Below, piece by piece: positions 13,355-29,630 of a stretch of DNA of 64,000 bases. This DNA comes from Octopus vulgaris. Its lineage: Eukaryota. The number at the start of each line of letters is the position of its first letter. Within the stretch, counting starts at the first letter, position 1. Below the pieces are notes generated by a model. That model saw nothing but the letters and a program-made list of their open reading frames with translations, was not told where the DNA came from and made no database searches. The stretch is from NCBI GenBank assembly GCA_951406725.2, contig OX597838.1, positions 17,236,001 through 17,300,000 on the forward strand. The letters run 5' to 3'. Position numbers and translations under genes: made by a program.

Positions 13355-13844
13355 AAAGACAGATAAAGACAGTGAAAGAAGTGGAAGCGAGTGCAATGGA
13401 AAAGAAAAAAAAGATTGGAGATTGGTAAAGAATTATTCGTTTTTAAAATGGAACTAACGTTTTAGTTCGCTTCCGTGAACGTTACTTTCGGCAGAAGTAG
13501 AAGAACTATCATCGTCATCATCATCATCGTCATCATCATCATCATCGTCATCATCACCAGCATCATCGCTTTTGTCATCATCATCGTCATCATCATCATC
13601 ACCAGCATCATCAACATTACCATTGACATCAACAGAACATCACTAACAAAACCGTCATTATCGAATACTCCGTCGTCGTCGCTACTACTACTACTACTAC
13701 AATTACTACTACCACTACTACTACTACCACCACCACCACCACTACTACTGCTACTACTACTACTACAACTACTACTACCACCACTACTATTACCACCACC
13801 ATCACCACTACTACTACTACTGCTACTACTACTGCTGCTGCTGC

Positions 13845-13877
<33 letters not shown>

Positions 13878-14567
13878 TACTACTACTGCTACTACTACTA
13901 CTACTGCTGCTGCTGCTACTACTACCACTACTACTATTACCACTACCACCACCACTACTACTACTACTTCTACTTCTACTACTGCTGCTGCTGCTACTAC
14001 TACTACTACTGCTGCTGCTTCTACTACTACTACTACTACTACTACTGCTACTGCTGCTGCTGCTGTTACAGCTACCATCACTATCATGGATGCATCGCTG
14101 TTATCTCAAACATCATCGCCATCGTCGTCGTCGTCGTCGTCGTACCTTCAACAACAGCAGCAGCAGCAGTTGCAGCAGTATTAGCAGCAACAATAGTAAT
14201 AGAAGCAACAGCAGCAACAGTAGCAGCAGCGGCAGCAATAGCAGCAGCAACAGCAGCAGCAGCAGCGGCGGTGGTAGTAGATAGATGGAAGGACACCTAC
14301 GAACGCTGTATTAGCGGTAGGATTATCAGAAATACAGCATCACCATCATCCCCATCATCATCATCATCATCATCGTCATCATCATCATCAGCAGCAGCAG
14401 CAACAGCAACAGCAACACCATCGACATAATCACTGACAATCACAACAGCAAGAACAACAGGAACAACATAATAACAAATCAATAATTTCCTCGTGTTTAT
14501 CGCCACCACCACAACCACCACCACCACCACCATCATCACCACCATCATCATCATCACTAACATCATT

Positions 14568-14598
<31 letters not shown>

Positions 14599-14769
14599 AC
14601 ATCATCATCAACATCATCATCATCATCACTAACATCATCATCGTCATCATCATCATCGTCATCATCATCATCATCATCTTCAGTAGCAGCAGCATCGCCA
14701 CGTCTCCCATCACCATCATTATTGTGATTCATGATTCATCGTCATCAGCGTGACCATCACCATCATCAA

Positions 14770-14804
<35 letters not shown>

Positions 14805-14979
14805 GCAGCAGCATCGCCATCATCAACGATAACTTCTCAAGAACAACAACACAACGACGACGACCACACCACCACCATCACCATCACCCTCGTTACCATC
14901 ACTGCCACCACCACCACCACCACCACCACCAACACCACCACCACCAACAATAACAACAACAGCAACAACAACGAATCAA

Positions 14980-15200
14980 CGAAGGGGGCCTCTATGTGGT
15001 TGCTTGATCTTTTAGAAATAGAAGTTAAATCGCCCTCAATTGTAATATTGTAATGACTCCTCGGAAAAAGTTCACGTTTGGTAACGTACTTCCTGGGTTC
15101 TTTGCAGATAGGAGAATGAATGGATGGTCACGACTGAGCTGTCTTTGATCATGGGTCTGCTCGATCAAGGCTGACTTCGCACTAAAACTACAACAGCACC
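14980..15200 (+). mobile_element. Ancient diverged interspersed repeat (related copies ~21615-21795, ~54780-54960, split copy 61680-62095)
   Basis: Shared TAGAAA(T/C)A..…AAATC..CCTCAA start and GGATGGTCA.G.CTG…GCTGA.(T/C)T end; high divergence. Confidence 0.45.
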
Positions 15201-15254
15201 AACAACAACAACAGCTACAGCAACTTATTTTTCTGGAAATTGTCTTGGTTTCGT

Positions 15255-15300
<46 letters not shown>

Positions 15301-15689
15301 CATATAGATACACGCACACATATACACACATAACATACATCTATAAATACATAGGTACGTATGTGCGCGTGTATATATATATAATTATATAGGGATTATA
15401 TATACATGTGTATGTGTGTGTGTGTGTATGTATGGATAGACAGACAGACAGACATACAGAGAGATCGATAGATAGATAGACATATATATATATATATAGA
15501 AAGATAGATAGATAGATAGACTGAAAGTTAGGGAGTGCTGTAGATTCATACCTATATAGAGAGAAGGAAAGAGAGAGAGAGAGAGAGTTGTGCGTGCGTG
15601 CGTGTGTGTGTGTGTGTATGTGAGTATGTATGTATGTGCATGTGTGTATGTGTGTGTGCGGCGCATGTGAGTGCATGCGTGTGTGTGCA

Positions 15690-15727
<38 letters not shown>

Positions 15728-16429
15728 TGCAAGACTGAGAAAGAAGAGCCTGAAAACTGAATTATTGCACATTGAGAAAGCTCTCATTTAAGTGATTCAC
15801 AAAGTCCCTCTTACTTACACTCCACTTCACCCTCCACTCATAACATACACCCACCCTCCTCCTCCTCCTCCTCCTTCATACTTACATCCTCTTCGCTTCA
15901 CTCCACTCCACCCCACCCCCCTTAATCTCGCCCCTCCTCCCTCCCTCTCTTTCGTTCTTTCTTTCTTTCCTTTTCTTTCTACTTCGCTTTTTTTTTTTTT
16001 CCTTCAAACAAGCTTTATTTCACAATTTCCACTTCAGTCCAATTTCTTTTGAAAAAAAAAAACCACAAAACCAAAAAAAAAAAAATTTAAAAAAGAAAAA
16101 AAAAACAGAAGAAAGAAAGAAAAAGACAAGAGAAAAAAAAAACAACACACACACAAAACTTCTTCGTTTTGCTGTGAAATCATTCAATTCTCATTTCTCT
16201 TTCTGTCTTTCTTTCCTTTCTTCTCCTCCTCCTCCTCCTCCTCTTTTTTCTCCTCTTCCTTCTCCTCCTACCCCTCCTCCTCCTCCTCTTCCTTCTCCTC
16301 CACCTCCTCTTCCTCGTCCTCTTCTTTCTATTTTTTTTCCCATTTTTTTCGTTCAATTTCTTGCGTTCAGATTCCAAGTCATTCACAACGCACCTTCGCC
16401 CCACAACCACCACCACCACCACCACCACC

Positions 16430-16461
<32 letters not shown>

Positions 16462-16494
16462 CGCCATCATTACTAATAATTCAACAACAAATAA

Positions 16495-16525
<31 letters not shown>

Positions 16526-16614
16526 TTACAATAACACTACAACCGCCACTTCATCCACCACCACCACCAGCACCACCACTATCACAATTACACACACTAC
16601 TACCACAGCACATT

Positions 16615-16660
<46 letters not shown>

Positions 16661-16811
16661 CACTACCACCACCACTACTACTACAACTACCACCACCACC
16701 ACTACTACCACCACCAACTCCACTACCACCACTGCCACCACCACCATCACCGCCACCACCACTACCACCACTACCACTACTACTACTACTACCACCACCA
16801 CCACCACCACC

Positions 16812-16843
<32 letters not shown>

Positions 16844-17014
16844 CACTACTACTACCACCACCACCGCCACCTGTTGTTCTCATTCAATACTTCATCTCAA
16901 TCCTTCTTTCTTACCAATTATCGCTTGTTTTCGTTTCGCTTCCTCTTCGCACTTAAACACCTTCCTCCTCTCTCTTCTCCTTCCATGTTGTCATCGTCGT
17001 TCTCATCGACATCT

Positions 17015-17049
<35 letters not shown>

Positions 17050-17561
17050 AGTGTTGTTATCTTTATCATCGTTTTCCTTCGTCGTTAAACATTCATTCCC
17101 TCCTCTTTCTCATTATCACCACCACCACCACCACCACCACCACCACCACCACCATCGCCACCATCGTCGTCTTCATCCCCTTCGTCTCCACCATCCTTAC
17201 ATTGTTGATGTTGCAGTTGTTGTTGTTCTTGTTGTTGTCGTCGTTTCTCCTTCCTCCTTCTCCGTTCCCTCCCTCCCCTCCTCCTCCCGTTGCGCCTACT
17301 TCTCTTTTTACACTTCCATTCCCCCTCCTCATACTCCACCTCCTCCCTTTTCCTTATCCCCCTCCTCCCACCACCACCTCCTCCTCCTCCTACCTCACAC
17401 ACTATAAACAACAACACTCACACATGCATCACCATCATGTTTACACCATAAACGAAACCCCTCTCTGTCTCACCCCTCCACCAACCCCCGCTTCTTAGTA
17501 TCACCTTTACATATATATAAACATATATATTATTATATATCATATATAGACATATATATAT

Positions 17562-17649
<88 letters not shown>

Positions 17650-17711
17650 TACATATATATATATATATAAACATATACATATATATTTATATATATATAT
17701 ATATATAAACA

Positions 17712-17746
<35 letters not shown>

Positions 17747-18129
17747 GTATTTATATGTAGACAGGGGTCTCTTTTAGCTTCCTCTTGACCATATCTCTAT
17801 TCCACATTTGCTGTCACACGCACACATACACACTTGTACGCGCGCACGCGCGCAGTCGCAGTTATATATATACACACATGCACACATGCACACACATAAA
17901 CACACACACAAACACACACTCTAACTTAATCTATCGCCCGCTTTTGTTAATATACAGGCAAAACAGACATACCTACACACACACACACAAACACATACGC
18001 ACACACATACACACACATACCTGCATACAAGCATAATCTACACATTGGCGTCAGTACCTACACACTCACACATAAATCTACACACACACACACACACACA
18101 CATACACATACCTGCCTACAAACGTTTAC

Positions 18130-18179
<50 letters not shown>

Positions 18180-18739
18180 GCACAGAAATAGTTTTTTCTC
18201 ATCCTTTTTTGTACATCCACACAATTCCTCCAGACCATCACCACAACCACCACCACCACAACCATCACCACAACCACCACCACCACCACCACCACTACCA
18301 CCGAAGCTACTACAGACACCACCATCAAAGCCACCGGCACCCCACTATAGACGCCCGACGACGTCGCCACCACCACCACCACCACCACCACCACCGTAAC
18401 CTCTTCCTCCTCCTCCTCCTCCTCTTCCTCCTCCTCGTTCTCCTCCTCCTCCCCCTCCTCCTCTCTCCCCCCCTCCTTTTCCACCTCTCCAAAGCCACAA
18501 TCGACTTCCACTCTCGACTTCCCAACAGCTTATGTCTCACCCTTGTCGGTTTTTTGTCCAGAGAACAAACACCATTGACAGTCTCTCTCTCTCTTCTTCC
18601 TCTTCCGCCTCCTCCTCCTCCTCCTCCTTCAACATTCCACAAGAACAACAACAACAGCAGCAACAACAACAACAACAAAAGCAACAACAACAACTACTAC
18701 AACAGCAACAGCAGCAACAGCAGCAACAGCAGCAGCACC

Positions 18740-18773
<34 letters not shown>

Positions 18774-18974
18774 GCAACAACTACAATCGGTGTACTATTC
18801 CGCAACAACAAGAACATAAACTGCAATAAGAATAAACAAGAGGAACAACAACAACACACACAAGAAAAAGAAAAAGAAAAAAAAAGAAAAAAAAGAAGAC
18901 GAAGAAGAAGAAGAAGAAGAAGAAGAAGAAGAAGAAGAAGAAGAAGAAGAAGAAGAGGAAGTAAAAGAAGCAGT

Positions 18975-19122
18975 CGAAGAAGAATCTTGTATGAAGAATC
19001 ACACAGTGAGACAAGGATTTACCCGAAGCTGGCCCCTGTATCATTTCGGATTATTTAACCGTTACTGTTAATCAGTGATGTAGAATGCAGCAACTTCCGA
19101 GAGAGACGAAATCCGTTGGAAG
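18975..19122 (+). other. Candidate exon 3' end with strong splice donor (possible first exon; optional ATG at 19085 gives MQQLPRETKSVG)
   Basis: Unique sequence ending GGAAG|GTAAGA at 19122/19123, followed by T-rich intron-like sequence; no homology recognised. Confidence 0.35.
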
Positions 19123-19599
19123 GTAAGACGATAGGCATTTTTTAAAAAAAATTATCATTTATGTGTGTTTGGAAGGAGGGAGAGAATTTTTTCTTTTCTT
19201 TTCCACATTCAGTTTGAAATTATTTCTTATATTTTAAACAGATTCATTTTTGTTTTTGTATTCCTCACCCAAATATTTGTTGCGTTATTGGAAACACTCA
19301 GAGAATATAATATAATATAATATAATATAATATAATATAATATAATATAACAAGATATAATATATGTGTAATATTTATGACAGACAGACCCACAGTCGTT
19401 AGCAGATATCCAAAATATTTCTTCATATTTCTGCTTTTGACGCGAAAAGATAAAGATAAAAAAAAAAAAAAAGGTCACCCCCATCCCAACCCAATATGGA
19501 TATATTGTTTTTCGAGAGAATTTGCTGGCGTAATGATATCGTTCGAATGATTTTTCAAGTAAGACAGTATCAAACAGCGATATCAATAATAAAGAAAAT

Positions 19600-19662
<63 letters not shown>

Positions 19663-19918
19663 GCTCACACAAACAATGGCAAAAATATCAACAACAAAAA
19701 CGGTCTATTGCCAAATATTCCATGGCACTAAATCAGAGTGGCCATAATTATGTCCCCCTCACCACCACAACTCTTTTTATACCGTTCTTCAGATTTTGAT
19801 GCCATTCTCAAAGCTAAATCGTGTACGGGCCATCTTTTGCAGATCCTCTAAAAATGAAAGAAAATACAATATACTTCACGTAACGCAACAAGCTATATTC
19901 AATAACATTACATACATC

Positions 19919-19955
<37 letters not shown>

Positions 19956-20180
19956 TATCAAATACACATAATATAACATCACACACTCATTCATACACAC
20001 ACACACACACACACAAGCACTTACAGATAATATCATTCAGTGCCAATATCGTTTTATTGATGACCAGAAATGAGTTATTATTATTATTTATTTTTTTTTT
20101 GAAGAAAACTAGAATTCGTTCTTTGTCTTTATTTCTCTGTATGTGTAACTGTCTGAGAATATGTAAATGGATGAGTGTTT

Positions 20181-20250
<70 letters not shown>

Positions 20251-20294
20251 ATGTATATATGATATGTATATGTGTATATATGTATATGTATATA

Positions 20295-20370
<76 letters not shown>

Positions 20371-21397
20371 GTGATATATATATATATATATGTGTATGTG
20401 TGTGTGTATATATATAGCTTCATACATAAATAGCTATTGATATCATATATCTCTAGACATACATTATATTCATATATTATGCCAGTATATATATATATAT
20501 CTTTGTGTGTGTATATATATATATATATATGTGTGTATGTGTGTGTATGTATGTGTAAGTATGCGTGTGTGCGTGTATGTGTCTGCTTTTGAGAGTGTAA
20601 CGTTGCGTGTATATAAATATGTACGTGTATATATGCGTATAAGTAGGATGTATAAATGCATGTATGATTATGTGTGAGAACCTGTGTGTCTGTGTGTGTG
20701 TACACACAGACATATACACGCACAAAAACACACACACACATACACACACACACACATGTATGTGCATGAGTATATATGTCTGCGTGTTACGCGTGTGATT
20801 ATATGAGCGTGTATGTATGTATGTATGTATGTATGTATGTATGTATGTATGTATGTATGTGTCTATGTGTGTATTTATAATTAGTACGGATGAAGAGCCA
20901 TCGATCTTTCTGTTGTTATTGTAGTTGTGATCAATCACATATTTTTCTACCCCCCCCCCCCACGCCCACCCCATCCATCCATCCATCCATCCATCCATCC
21001 ATCCATCCATCCATCCATCCTCCTCATCAATCCACGAACACGTTTATCATCACAATCGTCCTGAACACTGCCATCGACGACACCACCACCACCAAAACTA
21101 CCACCACCACCACCACCACCACCACCACCACCACCACCACCAAAACTACCACCACCACCACCACCACCACCACCACCACCACCAAAACCACCACCACCAC
21201 CACCACCACCACCACCACCACCACCACCACCACCACCACCAAAACTACCACCACCACCACCACCACCACCACCACACCACCACCACCACCACCACCACCA
21301 CCAAAACTACCACAATTACTATCATCATCAATTTGAAATATATCAATTTTTTAAAAACAACAACAACAACGACCACTGCTGCTGCTGCTGCTGCTGT

Positions 21398-21448
<51 letters not shown>

Positions 21449-21457
21449 CACTACTAC

Positions 21458-21549
<92 letters not shown>

Positions 21550-22537
21550 CACTGCTACTACTACTACTTCAACCATACTATCACCTCCGTTGTAAAACCA
21601 CTTCGCCATGATAGTACGTGGGATCTTTTACGCGGATGACTCACCTATTAGAAACAACAGCGAAATCTACCTCAAATCACAGCCGCCCTCACATTATAAG
21701 AATGTAGATTTAAATTCTAGACATGAGTGACGGACGGGATTTTCCATGACTGGGATGGCTTTGACCAGAGGTCAAACTCAGGGTTTAAATAACATCATCA
21801 ACGTCTACCAATAATTACTACAACCACACAACTACATACCACTACCACCACCACCACCACCGTCATCACCATCGCCATCACCACACTAGCATCACAAAAA
21901 CTACCACCGAGCACAAGCACCACAACCATCACCACCACCACCATTACCACGACTACTACCATTACCACCTCAACTCATACTTCTACCGCATTAAGATACA
22001 ACTACTACCACCACAACCGCCATAGCTAGCACTACTACCACCACCACCACCACCACCACCACCACTACCATCATCACCACTACCACCACAATAACAACAG
22101 CAGCTACTGCTTCCTCTACTACTACTACTACCATCACTACTACAGCAACTACAACAACAACTACAGCCTCTACTACAATCAACACCAACACTACCACTCC
22201 GACTGAAAATGTAATTCTCCATTTAAACGAAAATTTCTCAATTTGTAATAAAATGTAATGCGTGTTGAATATTGGTAGATTTATAGTGCAGATGTAGTGG
22301 TGTTGATGCCTGCCCTTGAGATGTCAGCCACCAGCAACATTGCGTTACACACACCTATTGAGTATTGTTAGTGATCATATGTCTAAACGTGTGTGTACAC
22401 GTGTATTTCTATGTGTGCGTGTGTGTGTGTGTATGTATCTGGTTCTATGCAAATGAGTATCAGTCTATATATGTCTATATACTACAGGAAGATGTGTGTA
22501 TATATATATATATATATATAACTCATATATTTATATG

Positions 22538-22570
<33 letters not shown>

Positions 22571-22573
22571 GTA

Positions 22574-22630
<57 letters not shown>

Positions 22631-22882
22631 GTATATATATATGTATATATATATATATATATGTTATATATATATTATGTATATGTGTATATATATATAT
22701 ATGTACACGTAATAGCTATCTTTTGTTAGGTTTCTACAACATACACACTTGTAGACATGCGTCTGTGGACCATCTTTCGCCAATGTCTGTGTATGTACAT
22801 GTATCGGTCACATTCCATATACATTGCGTATAATAGTATATACGCAGGTGAGAATAAATGTATCATACATACACACACACAT

Positions 22883-22920
<38 letters not shown>

Positions 22921-23514
22921 CCATACATACAAGAATATATGTCGTTTTGTGTGAATGTGTATATGTATGTACATAAGCCTGATCCATTGCTATGGTTGTA
23001 CTGTCATGGCTGCCTGCCCCGCTTTCTCTTACTCCATTATATTCCATTTCTTTAAGTCTATACCCATCTTGTATATTAAAACACTCACTGTATACAGAGA
23101 ATTTAGACAGTTCCATAGCCACTGATACCCAACTGTGATGGAGAAAACATTCTATAAATCATTTTACTTCACCCATTTCTTTGTTCTTGGCACCGTTCGT
23201 CTATTTCTTGGATAATTTTTCTAATATTACGTTACACATAATATGTACGTGTGTATGTTGGTTATACTGTTATAATATCATACATGACCTTTGTAATTGA
23301 ACTAAGAATCTGAACACAACATTGTCTACGATGCCTGTCCCTCACGTGTTACATAATAGTTAAAATATATCATAAGTAATCTCATCTGTGACACTAATAT
23401 TTAACAATGAACTACAAGCGCTCTAGTAACTCATATCTGGGTCCCACTACATAAGTTGTGACGTCGGTATTATTTCGATTGTTGAAGAATTATCTTCGTA
23501 CATTGGCAGCAGAA

Positions 23515-23790
23515 TTCTTAACTGTAACGCAAATATCCATTGTGATCCTGGTACTTCAACTGTAAAATGCGTAACTCAATTGTAACACGAATCGTAACTA
23601 AACTGTAGCACGTGTACCTCAACTGTAACGCGTGTATCTAAACGATAACACGTGTAGCTCAGTCTTAACGAGTGTACCTCAATTGTACTGAGTGAAGCTC
23701 AACTGCACCAAGTGTAGGTCAACTGTAGCACGTGTCCTCAACTGTACACAGTGTAACTCACTGTAACACGTGTAGCTCAACTGTAACTTG
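23515..23790. repeat. Degenerate ~22 bp minisatellite (CTCAACTGTAACACGTGTA[G/C]…)
   Basis: About a dozen diverged units of AACTGTA(A/G)CACGTGT. Confidence 0.8.
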
Positions 23791-24045
23791 GTGATACAAA
23801 TTGGGCAAGAGCCACTAAATGACAATGGTATTCCTTTTGGATATCAAGACACTGTTAATGATCACAGTACCTCAATATTACCTAAATAGTGGAGTAGTAG
23901 ATCTTCAGTAGTAATTCAATCTTACCCGACTAAATTTCAGACTAGAATACCACAGCTACGACATCTCGGCTTTCTCTTAATAACCGACCAATATATTCGC
24001 TTCATATAATTGTTTCTAACATAGGTACAAGACCAGAAATTTGGG

Positions 24046-24103
<58 letters not shown>

Positions 24104-26277
24104 GGTAGAGGAACAGGGGTTAGTCGATTAAAACGATCCCACAACTTTACCGGTGCTTTATTTCATCGACCTCAAAGAGTTGAGAGGCAATGTTGATCTC
24201 GGCAGGATATGGAGTCAGATATGGACGCAACGAGCCAGAATACCGCAAGACATTTTGTCCGATTCTCAAACGATCATCCAGTCAGTAGCCCACCCTCGTA
24301 ATATTTGATTGGCCATCTAGGACACTCATTATAAGCCGACTGCGAAACGAAGCCATACGATGGCACATAAGTAATCCAAATCTAACAGAAATATATACAC
24401 ATTGATACACTAGTAAATTAGCCATGACATCAGTACATACTATCAAACACGAGTATTTACGCACAGACACAAATAATCCAAACGTCAACATTATCTCTGT
24501 GTTGACAAACGCAGTCCACTTGGGATACGACGGTTACGTTAGCTGTGACATTACAATACTTAGCTGACACGCAATATTACTTCAAATGCAATGAATCTGA
24601 CCCTATTGTAACCTCTACAGCCACACAATGTTACAATTTCGGATTGCTTTGCCAGGGTTGACCAAATAACTGAAATGTGTTGTTGCAGGTAACGCGACTA
24701 TGACATTTGGTAGCCAGTATGACACATGTGCTGTGTCATTACTAAACTGTGTCATCACAACTGTAACACTGGCTTTCATCCTAGTTGAGAGAGGAGAATC
24801 CCAAAACGCTATGAAGCGTGTCCCAGAGACAATTAAGTAGAAGTCTTTCTCTCCTTGAAGCTCATACGCAAAATGTCTGCAAACCATACACGGGATTGTA
24901 CAAGGTCTTAGTGAAACAGATATCACACGCACATACTTATATCACATACTCTCTCTCTTTCTCTTTCTCTCTCACACACACACACATACATACACATTCC
25001 TAAATATGTAGATATACTTAAGATTATATGCATATATCAAACATTATCTCTCTCTCTCTCTCTCTCACGCATACACACATTTCGGGGTTCAGCGGTGAAA
25101 ATGGGAGTATGCAGGCATTCTATTTTTCTCTTAACGTGAGTGGTAGTGGTGGTGGTGGTGGTGGTGGTGGTGGTGGTAGTGGTGGTGGTGGTGGTGGGTG
25201 GCGGCGGCAGTATAGCATTTAACATACTTCTGTCCAACCTGAGCCTCACCGACTTCTGATATTAGCGTGACTCAGATTCCTAAAACCCAGTACCAGCATC
25301 GTGCATGTGTGTATCTCTGCGTCCGTGTGTGTGTGTGCATGTGCAACACATACAGGCATATAATTCATTTCCTAAGTACTTGTGACCGGTCAAACACTGC
25401 CATACACTAATTTCTTCCATATGAAGGAATTAGTGCAGTTTATCAGCCTTTGACCGACTATACGATTGACCACCACACTGATCCATTCGCTGACCTTAAC
25501 CCTAATTGACCAATATTACGACTGAGACAAATCCATTCCAAAACAGGCTTACACTCACAACAAAACTGACCAACAACCAACCCAACCAACCAATCAACCA
25601 ACCAACCAACCAACCAGCCAACCAGCCAACCAATAAACCAACCAACCAACCAACCATCCCGACTCTAATAATTAGCCCTCACTTTACAATATACTCACAC
25701 CGTACCCCAAACAATCCGAACAATTGACTGTCAATGCTCTATAATCAAAAGATTGACCTCATACTCCTATGTAAAACATAGTATACCGCTGTATTATACA
25801 CCCCACGCCCACACATACGTGCACACACACACACACATGTAGCATGGTGCTACCTGGTCTAACATATATATATGCATTTTTTCACACGCGACGGATACCC
25901 AACTTTAGACTTGGAAGTATACCGTAATACTACCGGCTCTTCGGTAATTCTAAAGGTCAATGAGCTATATTTTGTACTCTGCTACGTTTCCAACAGGAAT
26001 ATACCTTAAATGCATATGTGTGCGCGCGCGAGTGTGCATGTGGTATGGCGCTACCTGTTCTAACATAGAAAATAGGGCCAACCTCTAAATAAGAGTCGAA
26101 GTAAGAAAGTACACAAGTGGTAGGGTTGGTGTATTGGGTACACATGAAATACACATGTACATAGAACTATACATGCTTATAAACACACATGTATATATTT
26201 TGACTGAAAGACTTCTGTACACATACGTGAATTTATGTATACACACAAACACATGTGCATACGTGTGTAAAATATAT

Positions 26278-26325
<48 letters not shown>

Positions 26326-26344
26326 GAGAGAGAGAGAGAGAGAC

Positions 26345-26384
<40 letters not shown>

Positions 26385-26403
26385 GAGAGAGAGAGAGAGA
26401 TAC

Positions 26404-26460
<57 letters not shown>

Positions 26461-26504
26461 AGAGAGAGAGAGAGAGAGATAGATAGATGTGTGTTCGTAT
26501 TAGG

Positions 26505-26644
26505 TGCAGGTGTGGCTGTGTGGTAAGAATCTTGCGTCTCAACCACATGGTTCTGGGTTCAGTCTCACTGCGTGGCACCTTGGCAAGTGTCATCTACCAA
26601 AGCCTTGTGTAGATTTGATAGACGGAAACTGAAATAAGCCCGTC

Positions 26645-26718
<74 letters not shown>

Positions 26719-26915
26719 CCCTCCATCACCGCTTGATAACCGGTGTTGGTGTGTTCACGTCCCCGTATCTCAGAGCGGTTCGGCAAATAGAACCCGACAG
26801 AATGAGTACTAGGCTTACTGTCTTGCTCCGGGCTCGATTTGCTCAGCTAAAACGTCTTCAAGGCGGTGCTCCGGCATGGCCGCAGTCAATCGAAAGACCG
26901 AAACAAGTCAAAGAA
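26505..26915 (+). mobile_element. Full-length tRNA-SINE with internal (TA)/(TG) microsatellite (OK-like)
   Basis: TGGCTGTGTGGTAAG A box, GGGTTCAGTC B box, body, internal microsatellite, tail GGCGGTGCTCC.GCATGGCCGCAGTC…GAAACAAGT. Confidence 0.8.
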
Positions 26916-27912
26916 TAAGAAAATGTATGTTTAACACCAACGTCTGTAAAACTATAAACCTCTGGCAATGCTATGTCTAAGCCTGTTGATGATATCTTGA
27001 TGTGTGTATGTAATTTATTTTCATATCGCTCCAAGAAGCATGGATCCATGCCTTATGAAAATATGGAGTATAAGTACATGTTTATATTAATCTATATCTA
27101 TTTCTGATTGAATTATCCATATCACACACACACTTACTTATGCATACATACATACATACATACATACATACATACATACACGATGCATTCACACGCAAAT
27201 TGATATGTGTCGGGGTTGGTGTGAGGTGTGTGATAATCTTAGATATCACTGAATGCACACCTACAGTGTTAGCGTTTACATACAAATGGTTATGGTTTGG
27301 TAAATGTGTGTGCTTATACATTTAAGCTTGAAGTACGCATTTGTGTATATATGTGTGTGCATGTATGTTCGTACCTATGAGGTATGCATATATATGTCTG
27401 TCTGTTCGTCTGTCTGTTTGTCGGTATGTATGTTTGTATGTATGCATGTATGCATGTATGTATGTAGCAGTTCTATTTTCTCCACTCCACTCCACTCTGC
27501 ATCTGTGTCTCAGCACAGTTTACGGTGCAGCTAGCTTTAATATATTCAATTTAAGGAGATGTTATAATTTATAAAGATAGAAAGAGGGATAAACAGAGGA
27601 CATAGAGCAAGGAAGAGAGTAAGGCAAATTTTGGAGAGAGAGAGAGAGAGAGATAGAGAGAAAGGACACACAAATGCACAATCAACCTCTCCCCCCGCTG
27701 CCCTACTCAAACATAAAAACACATAAATATGATATATAATGATAAATATTTTATTATAAAATGTATAGTACACTGTGTGTGTGTGTCTGTGTGTGTGTGG
27801 GGGTATATCTATCTATCTATCTATATATATTTATTATAAATATCATTATATAATGTGAGAAATATTTGTATGCGCACGAAGGGTAAGAGTGAGATGTAGA
27901 CGATATAAAGGA

Positions 27913-27914
<2 letters not shown>

Positions 27915-27979
<65 letters not shown>

Positions 27980-28128
27980 GTGTATATATATATATGTATA
28001 TGTGTATATATATATATGTATATGTGTATATATATATATGTATATGTGTATATATATATATATGTATATGTGTATATATATATATGTATATGTGTATATA
28101 TATATATGTATATGTGTATATATATATA

Positions 28129-28169
<41 letters not shown>

Positions 28170-28200
28170 GTATATATGTATATATATGTATATGTATATA

Positions 28201-28264
<64 letters not shown>

Positions 28265-28341
28265 GTATATATATATGTATATATATATGTATATATATAT
28301 ATATGTATATATATGTATATATATATATGTATATATATATG

Positions 28342-28386
<45 letters not shown>

Positions 28387-28395
28387 ATGTATATA
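27915..28395. repeat. (TA)n array with higher-order ~20 bp unit TATGTATATGTGTATATATA
   Basis: Seen directly, clearest at 27971-28145. Confidence 0.9.
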
Positions 28396-29007
28396 GTAGA
28401 ACGAGAGATGGAGAGTGTGAAATGGAAAGACAAAAGAGGGACAGACAGCAGAAAGACATTAAAATAAGGAAGGAAGCAAGAAGTAAAAATGCATAGAGCC
28501 ATCTTTCTGCTATGCAAAAGCTGACTTCACGGCCATTTGCTGTCATTTCTCCCTGTGTGTGTCTGAACGGCAGCTGTCATTGAAAGAGTCGTGGGAAGAG
28601 AGATAGATAGACAGCCACAGAGAAAGTGAAACGATGCTAAAATAGTGAGAGAGTAATAAAGAAGAGAAGCGACATTTGCCAAGGTCACAGAAATCGTCTG
28701 TGACTGCACATACACACATACACAGCAGTAAAGTCGGGACTAACACTGGCATGGCTTCCATGACCTTCATACAACAACCACAGATATTTCGATACAGTTA
28801 TCATGCTCGTTATTAACATTACACTGTATTTATCAGTTCCTTCAGCATTTCAGTATTCGTCCTCAATGAAGCCACCCGAATACATCTATCCCACAAAAAC
28901 AATCCCAATCCAACCGTCTACAACTCAATATATTCCATATTTCAATCTCATTTCTATCATTAATTCATACATTTTCGTATTAAATTGAATATGTATGGCG
29001 GAATGGA

Positions 29008-29390
<383 letters not shown>

Positions 29391-29591
29391 ATACATACAT
29401 ACACACATATATACACATACATGTATGTTAGTATATATAAATACTATATATATATGTATGTATATGCATACACACAATACACCCATGCACACCCACACAT
29501 ATATAAACATACGTACATACAAACGCATGCGGATAAGGGGAGCACAATATCTCCCAAGTATTTGTATAATTGTTTATATTCAGTTTATGCA

Positions 29592-29630
<39 letters not shown>

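Larger units (their letters stand above)
13508..22200. repeat. ~9 kb mosaic of trinucleotide repeats (CAT, CTA, CAC, CAG, CAA, CCT, GAA) with interspersed (TA)/(CA) blocks
   Basis: Seen directly; source of the poly-L/V/T/H/Q ORFs. Confidence 0.9.

Noticed and set aside
13475-14953. Long ORFs with poly-L/I/V/D/H tracts
   Set aside because: Stop-free translations of trinucleotide repeats in several frames and both strands; no domain content.
18209-18829. Poly-H/N/Q ORFs resembling a transcription factor low-complexity region
   Set aside because: No recognisable domain and overlapping frames are equally open; at most UTR sequence.
23515-23790. CRISPR-like periodicity
   Set aside because: Adjacent degenerate units without unique spacers, eukaryotic context, no cas genes.
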